Below, in pieces: positions 52,936-58,162 of a stretch of DNA of 58,162 nt. Each line of letters opens with the position of its first letter. Positions within the stretch are counted from its first letter, which is position 1. A program made the translations under genes and the position numbers. The notes beneath the pieces are model-generated. The model was not told the origin of the DNA, did not search any database, and worked only from the letters and a program-made list of their open reading frames with translations. Origin of the DNA: Nitrospirota bacterium (GTDB lineage: Bacteria > Nitrospirota > Nitrospiria > Nitrospirales > Nitrospiraceae); assembly GCA_026387615.1 (NCBI GenBank), contig JAPLLI010000064.1, positions 1-58,162 on the forward strand, given 5' to 3'.

Positions 52936-54131
52936 TCTTCCGATCCCCCAAGCTTCAAGGCCTTGCGAATGCCGCGCACGGCTTGCCTCGTGCGATGTTC
53001 GTTTTCGACGAGACCGAAGCGCACATATTCGTCCCCGCCTTCACCGAACCCGATCCCGGGAGAGACCGCAACTTTGGCCTCGCGAAGCAGGAGCTTGGAA
53101 AACTCCAACGAGCCCATCGCCCGATAGGGCAAGGGAATTCTGGCCCAGACGAACATGGTCGCCACGGGCTTCGTCACCTGCCAGCCGATACGGTTCAGTC
53201 CGCTCACCAACACATCGCGGCGCTTCTGATAGCGCAGCACCGTCTCCTTGACGCATTCTTGCGGCCCATTAAGGGCAATGACGCTGGCAATCTGTAAGGG
53301 CTGAAAAATGCCGTAGTCGAGGTAACTCTTGATCTTCGCCAGGGCGCCAACCACTTCGCGGTTACCGCAGCAAAAACCCACGCGCCAGCCCGGCATATTG
53401 TAGGCCTTGGACAGCGTGTAGAACTCGACCCCGACATCCTTGGCGCCGGGAGCCTGCAGGAAGCTCGGGGCCTTATAGCCGTCGAACACCAGGTCCGCAT
53501 AGGCCAGGTCATGAATGACGATCACATCGTGCTCTTTGGCAAAGGCGACGATTTTCTTAAAAAATTCCAGGTCCACCACAGCGGTGGTGGGATTATGCGG
53601 AAAATTGATGACCAGAATCTTCGGTCGTGGAAACGTTTGGCGATAGACCTTCTGGAGCTCTTCGAAGAAATCGCTGTCCGGGCGCAACTCAATCCCGCGG
53701 ACCTCCCCCCCCGCAATGATGAAACTATACATGTGGATGGGATAGGTCGGGGTCGGGGTCAAGACGACATCGCCGGGCCCGATCAAGGCCAAGGCCAGAT
53801 GCGCCAACCCTTCCTTGGAGCCGATCGTGACGATTGTCTCGGTCTCAGGATCCAGATCGACGTCGTAATTTCGCTTATACCAGCCCGTGATCGCATGCCG
53901 CAGCTTGGTAATGCCGCGCGAGGCCGAATAGCGGTGATTCTTTCCCTTCCGCGCCGCCTCGATCATCTTCTCGACGATATGGCTTGGCGTCGGTTGGTCA
54001 GGATTGCCCATGCCGAAATCGATAATGTCTTCGCCCTGTTGACGAGCCTCAAGCTTGAGGCTCTGCACCTGGGCGAAGACATAAGGAGGGAGCCGTTTAA
54101 TGCGATAAAATCCGTCGCCTAATCCCATCAT
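52932..54131 (-). CDS. alaC: Class I PLP-dependent aminotransferase, AlaC (YfdZ)-like
   Basis: [13 protein letters not shown]...[24 protein letters not shown]...[13 protein letters not shown] closely parallels E. coli AlaC as I remember it. Start trimmed to ATG 54131. It overlaps hom by 4 nt. Confidence 0.8.
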   Translation of the reverse strand: MMGLGDGFYRIKRLPPYVFAQVQSLKLEARQQGEDIIDFGMGNPDQPTPSHIVEKMIEAARKGKNHRYSASRGITKLRHAITGWYKRNYDVDLDPETETIVTIGSKEGLAHLALALIGPGDVVLTPTPTYPIHMYSFIIAGGEVRGIELRPDSDFFEELQKVYRQTFPRPKILVINFPHNPTTAVVDLEFFKKIVAFAKEHDVIVIHDLAYADLVFDGYKAPSFLQAPGAKDVGVEFYTLSKAYNMPGWRVGFCCGNREVVGALAKIKSYLDYGIFQPLQIASVIALNGPQECVKETVLRYQKRRDVLVSGLNRIGWQVTKPVATMFVWARIPLPYRAMGSLEFSKLLLREAKVAVSPGIGFGEGGDEYVRFGLVENEHRTRQAVRGIRKALKLGGSEE

Positions 54132-54412
54132 GTCCCTTGCTGTAATCCCCTGCGCGAGGAGGCATGCAGAAACCGCCCGCCTCCAAGTCAGGGAGCCCAT
54201 TCTAATGGCGAGGGGCGCGTCGAGTCAAATTATGCCGTGATTCTGTGGGGTTCGACAGTCCAACCCTTCGGACAGGCTGAGGCACACCCCCAGCCACTCC
54301 CCCCTCCCAGTCCTTGCCCCTCCCGGCTAATTTCTGCTACAACTGAACCACCTTTCGCGCGCATCACGCAATTCAGTTTTCCCTTGCTTCACATAGCCAA
54401 AACGGAGGATCC

Positions 54413-55126
54413 GTGCCACGACTTGGGGTAAACATCGACCATGTGGCCACGTTGCGACAGGCCCGTGGGGGAACCGACCCGGATCCTCTGACCGCCTCCG
54501 TGCTGGTAGAACTGGCCGGCGCTGACGGGATCGTCGTTCACCTCAGGGAAGATCGGCGTCATATTCAAGACCGCGACCTTCGCCTCCTGCGGGAACTCAT
54601 CCGCACCAAACTGGATCTGGAGATGGCCGCTACTGAGACCATGGCCCAGATTGCCCTGAGCATCAAACCGGACATGGTCACGCTCGTCCCCGAGCAGCGG
54701 CAGGAACTCACGACCGAAGGCGGCCTGGACGTGGCAGGCCACAAAGACCGTATCCAGCAGATCGTGGCCATGCTTCACGATGGCGGCATTCCCGTCAGTC
54801 TCTTCATTGAGCCGGATTTAGCGCAGGTTAAAGCCTCGCACAGAGTCTCCGCCGATTTCGTCGAGCTCCATACGGGCCGCTACGCGAATGCCAAACGCTC
54901 GAAAGAAGCCGATGCGGAAGTGGAGGCCATTACGCAGGCCGCAAAACTCTCGTACAAGCTGGGCATGGGCGTCAACGCCGGGCACGGATTGGACTATCGC
55001 AACATCTCGCGGTTACTGCACATTCCTGAAATCGTCGAATACAACATCGGTCACAGCATTATTGCCCGAGCGGTTCTGGTGGGCCTCGACCAGGCCGTCA
55101 GGGAAATGAAAGCCTTGCTGAGGTAA
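54413..55126 (+). CDS. pdxJ: Pyridoxine 5'-phosphate synthase
   Basis: [45 protein letters not shown] start with an ACGGAGGA RBS. Confidence 0.95.
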   Translation: MPRLGVNIDHVATLRQARGGTDPDPLTASVLVELAGADGIVVHLREDRRHIQDRDLRLLRELIRTKLDLEMAATETMAQIALSIKPDMVTLVPEQRQELTTEGGLDVAGHKDRIQQIVAMLHDGGIPVSLFIEPDLAQVKASHRVSADFVELHTGRYANAKRSKEADAEVEAITQAAKLSYKLGMGVNAGHGLDYRNISRLLHIPEIVEYNIGHSIIARAVLVGLDQAVREMKALLR

Positions 55127-55215
55127 CCGTTTCCTCCAAGAACAACGTGACTCTCCCTTGCCATGACATTGCGACGTAGGCCACAGACCTCTCGATTCCC
55201 CATACAAGGCCACCA

Positions 55216-56769
55216 ATGAAAATTGTGACCGGAGCCGAGATGCAGGCGCTCGACCGCCGCACGATCACCGATGCGCAGATCCCCGGCGCCGTCTTGATGG
55301 AGCGGGCCGGCGGAGGCATTGTCAAACAGCTGGAAGCGCAATATGGACCGGCGCGAGGCAAGACCATTACCATCCTCTGCGGAAAAGGAAACAACGGAGG
55401 AGACGGATTGGTGGTGGCCCGCCTGCTGCACCAACAGCGAGCCAAAGTGCATGTGCTCCTCCTCACGCCCATCACCGACCTGAGTCGCGATGCCGCAACT
55501 ATGTATCGTCGGCTTGTTCGGGTTGCGGGCCAGGGAAGAATCGTTCGATTCCGGTCGGCCGAGCAAGCGCAGCCCATCCTCGCTGCCAGTGCCATCCTGG
55601 TCGATGCCATCCTGGGCACAGGCCTGTCCTCCGACGTGACCGGCGCCTACTGTGAAGCCATTGAACTCATCAATCGTTCCGGGAAACCGGTCATCGCGAT
55701 TGATCTTCCCTCCGGCCTCCATACCGACAGCGGCGCCATCCTCGGACACGCGATTCGTGCCTCACTGACCGTCACGCTCGGCTTGCCAAAACTCGGCCTC
55801 TATATCGGGGCAGGGATCGACCAGGCTGGCGCCATCCGCGTCGTCGACATCGGCATTCCCTCCGCCTATGTGGACGAGATCGAAAGCCAGACATGGCTCC
55901 TGACCAGCGACGACATGTTCAAGACGCTTCCGGCACGCAGACCCTCCGCCCATAAAGGCACCTTTGGCCATGCGGGAATTATTGCAGGGTCCGTGGGGAA
56001 AACAGGCGCAGCGGCTTTAGCGGCCCAGGCAGCCCTCAGAGTCGGGGCGGGCCTGGTGACCGTGGCCACCCCCAGCAGCGTCAACGATGTGCTGGAAGGC
56101 AAGTTATTGGAGGCGATGACGCTGCCGCTGCCGGAAACAAAGGCCCGCACGTTGGCCCGCTCAGGCCTTGATCGCATCCTCGCCTTTATCCAGGCGCGCA
56201 CCGCGATCGCCATCGGCCCAGGCCTCTCAACCCATCCCGAAACCGTTGAGCTCGTCCAATCACTGATGAAACACCTGGATCGGCCTTCCGTCCTCGATGC
56301 CGATGCACTCAATGCCTTAGCAGGCCGGGCCTCACTGCTGACCGAATGTCCCACGCCACCCATCCTCACCCCGCACCCGGGTGAGATGGCCCGGCTCGAA
56401 GTGGAGGCCACCACGCAGAGCGTCAACGCAGACCGCATCGGCACGGCCAGACGGTTTGCCAGGGAACGCGGCGTGTTCCTTGTTTTAAAGGGCGCACGAA
56501 CCGTCATCGCCCGCCCCGATGGCCTGGTCGCCATCTGCCCGACCGGCAATCCCGGCATGGCCACGGCCGGAACCGGCGATGTCTTGACCGGCATGATCGT
56601 CGGCTTGCTGGCGCAAGGAGTCTCCGCATGGGAGGCTGCCTGCGCCGCGACCTATTTCCATGGATCAGCCGGCGACCTGGCCGCCCAACAGCTCGGACAG
56701 GCCGGAATGCTGGCCAGTGACCTGATCGCTCAAATTCCTTATGCGCTCCAGCAAACCAACAGGACCTAA
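55216..56769 (+). CDS. nnr: Bifunctional NAD(P)H-hydrate epimerase / ADP-dependent dehydratase
   Basis: N-terminal YjeF_N (CGKGNNGGDG) and a C-terminal carbohydrate-kinase-like domain (KGTFGH, GNPGMATAGTGDVL). Confidence 0.9.
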   Translation: MKIVTGAEMQALDRRTITDAQIPGAVLMERAGGGIVKQLEAQYGPARGKTITILCGKGNNGGDGLVVARLLHQQRAKVHVLLLTPITDLSRDAATMYRRLVRVAGQGRIVRFRSAEQAQPILAASAILVDAILGTGLSSDVTGAYCEAIELINRSGKPVIAIDLPSGLHTDSGAILGHAIRASLTVTLGLPKLGLYIGAGIDQAGAIRVVDIGIPSAYVDEIESQTWLLTSDDMFKTLPARRPSAHKGTFGHAGIIAGSVGKTGAAALAAQAALRVGAGLVTVATPSSVNDVLEGKLLEAMTLPLPETKARTLARSGLDRILAFIQARTAIAIGPGLSTHPETVELVQSLMKHLDRPSVLDADALNALAGRASLLTECPTPPILTPHPGEMARLEVEATTQSVNADRIGTARRFARERGVFLVLKGARTVIARPDGLVAICPTGNPGMATAGTGDVLTGMIVGLLAQGVSAWEAACAATYFHGSAGDLAAQQLGQAGMLASDLIAQIPYALQQTNRT

Positions 56770-57343
56770 CGTCATCAAGCCAATCACGGTCACAAAGCCT
56801 GCGGTCAGCCGCAGCGGCAGGCCGAGCCGGCCGTGGGAACTGGTCTCCTCATCGCAACGGCAGACCGACCGGCTGGGCCAAGCGCTCGGCCGTACGCTTC
56901 GTGGCGGAGAAACGATCGCCCTCTATGGACCGCTCGGAGCCGGAAAGACTTCGCTCGTTCGCGGACTCGCGGAGGGACTTGGCGCAGCGCCAACCGCCGT
57001 GACCAGCCCGACATTCGTGGTCATTCACGAATATCAAGGACGCCTGCCGCTGGCCCACATGGATTGGTATCGCATCCGCTCGCTCCGCGAGCTTGAATCG
57101 ACCGGCGTGACGGAGTACTTCTCTGGCCAGACCGTGACGGCGATCGAATGGGCCGAAAAGGGCCTGGCCCTGCTGCCGCAGGACCGGATTGAGATTACAC
57201 TGAGCCATCGGACAACACGGAGCCGGACGATTCAGTTGCAGGGAACGGGGCCGACGTCTGGCGAAGTCCTCGCGCGCACGCGCAGGGCCTATCGCGCCTC
57301 ATCGCCTCGCGCTTCGAACAAGAAGGGAATCACGAAGTCATGA
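56741..57343 (+). CDS. tsaE: tRNA t6A37 biosynthesis ATPase TsaE
   Basis: ALYGPLGAGKTSLVRGL, SPTFVVIHEY, HMDWYRI. The N- and C-terminal extensions and the exact start are uncertain. Confidence 0.8.
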   Translation: MRSSKPTGPNVIKPITVTKPAVSRSGRPSRPWELVSSSQRQTDRLGQALGRTLRGGETIALYGPLGAGKTSLVRGLAEGLGAAPTAVTSPTFVVIHEYQGRLPLAHMDWYRIRSLRELESTGVTEYFSGQTVTAIEWAEKGLALLPQDRIEITLSHRTTRSRTIQLQGTGPTSGEVLARTRRAYRASSPRASNKKGITKS

Positions 57344-57684
57344 TTAGGCTGATTCTGGTCGGGATTCTTCTGCTCCTCTCTCTGGCATTTTTCCTGCAAA
57401 ACCAGGAGCAAGAAGTGACCCTCCGATACTTCTTCGGTCTGCTTGAATCCTCGACGCCGATCTATAAACCCATCCTGGCCGGGTTCGCGGTGGGGCTGCT
57501 GGTCTCCGGCATTCTGCTCTTTCCCCCGTGGGTGCGGGGCCGGATCGAACTGCGCCGAAAAACCAAAGCCCTCCAAGACGCAGACGTGGACCTCGAACGA
57601 TTACGCCATTCGCTCGAAAAAGTCACCGGCCGGATTTCCCATACCGTCACCGGCGAGTCGCAACGAGAGCCCCGCGATGAGTGA
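57340..57684 (+). CDS. LapA-like (DUF1049) small inner-membrane protein
   Basis: Two TM helices (ILVGILLLLSLAFFL; ILAGFAVGLLVSGILLF) followed by a coiled-coil-like tail. Confidence 0.6.
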   Translation: MIRLILVGILLLLSLAFFLQNQEQEVTLRYFFGLLESSTPIYKPILAGFAVGLLVSGILLFPPWVRGRIELRRKTKALQDADVDLERLRHSLEKVTGRISHTVTGESQREPRDE

Positions 57685-58162
57685 CGCAGACGCCTCGCCA
57701 TTAATGCGGCAATACCGCGAGATCAAGCGCGGCTACCCCGACGCGGTTCTCTTATTCCGCGTCGGCGACTTTTACGAAATGTTTTACGAGGATGCGCAGA
57801 GCGCCGCCAAACTGCTCTCTATCGCCCTCACCTCTCGCGACAAATCCAGTGCCACCCCGATTCCCTTATGCGGCGTCCCCTACCATGCGGCCCAGGGCTA
57901 CATCGCGAAGTTGCTCAAGGCCGGACGGACCGTCGCACTCTGCGAACAGGTGGAAGACCCGAAACTTGCGAAGGGTCTCGTGCGCCGCGAAGTCGTTCGG
58001 CTCTATACGCCTGGCACCTTAGTCGATACAGAATTCCTCTCTCCCGGCGAATCATATTTCCTTGCCGCCGTGTCTTTCTCCGATGCCACGGGCCCCTCTG
58101 CCAAGGGACAATCCATCATTGGACTGGCCTGCCTGGATGTCTCCACCGGAGAATTTTGGATT
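57677..58162 (+). CDS. mutS: DNA mismatch repair protein MutS, 5' partial (runs off the window)
   Basis: My own translation from ATG 57677 gives MSDADASPLMRQYREIKRGYPDAVLLFRVGDFYEMFYEDAQSAAKLLSIALTSR...GVPYHAAQGYIAKLLKAGRTVALCEQVEDP. It is absent from the ORF track because no stop falls in the window. Confidence 0.9.
   Translation, partial: MSDADASPLMRQYREIKRGYPDAVLLFRVGDFYEMFYEDAQSAAKLLSIALTSRDKSSATPIPLCGVPYHAAQGYIAKLLKAGRTVALCEQVEDPKLAKGLVRREVVRLYTPGTLVDTEFLSPGESYFLAAVSFSDATGPSAKGQSIIGLACLDVSTGEFWI

Overview
High-G+C bacterial chromosomal segment of 58.2 kb. Gene content and repeat style look Nitrospirota/Nitrospira-like, but the taxon is inference only. All calls come from reading the ORF track and the DNA by eye; no searches, HMMs or folding were run. 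I call about 58 protein genes, one tRNA-Pro and one probable pseudogene. Gene blocks in order: (1) Sel1-repeat protein, then a minus-strand redox operon of di-haem cytochrome c peroxidase, DUF1264-like protein, monohaem cytochrome c and an outer-membrane barrel. (2) Mixed genes: EVE-domain protein, YdcF, YkgJ, ThrH, DUF559, RecQ, a porin, two TatA/B-family genes and a MidA-like methyltransferase. (3) A polyprenyl-phosphate glycosylation / lipid-modification module: GT2, LAB_N, ArnT-like transferase, PAP2. (4) PD40 propeller protein, M1 peptidase, ftsY, ybeY, phoH. (5) A roughly 14.7-kb single-strand type IV pilus-like block: PilD, a GspH/I/J/K-like pseudopilin set, PilB, FimT-PilV-PilW-PilX, a small secreted protein, a vWA-PilY1 and an Ig-repeat lipoprotein. 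(6) LuxR-solo, rlmB, cysS, dedA, surE, tRNA-Pro, MerR and a truncated IHF/HU remnant. (7) An aspartate-family operon: alaC-like aminotransferase, hom, thrC, ApgM-type proposed homoserine kinase, lysC, cimA. (8) pdxJ, nnr, tsaE, lapA-like, and mutS (partial). The most unusual signal is at least five sequence-unrelated families of imperfect hairpin repeats whose arms are mostly tandem 7-mers. Copies sit on gene junctions, donate stop and start codons, occur in-frame inside two CDSs, and in two cases carry a small lower-G+C ORF between their arms (a 23S-IVS-type four-helix-bundle protein and a DUF559 endonuclease-fold protein). The second point of interest is the duplicated minor-pilin priming module with orphan proteins.
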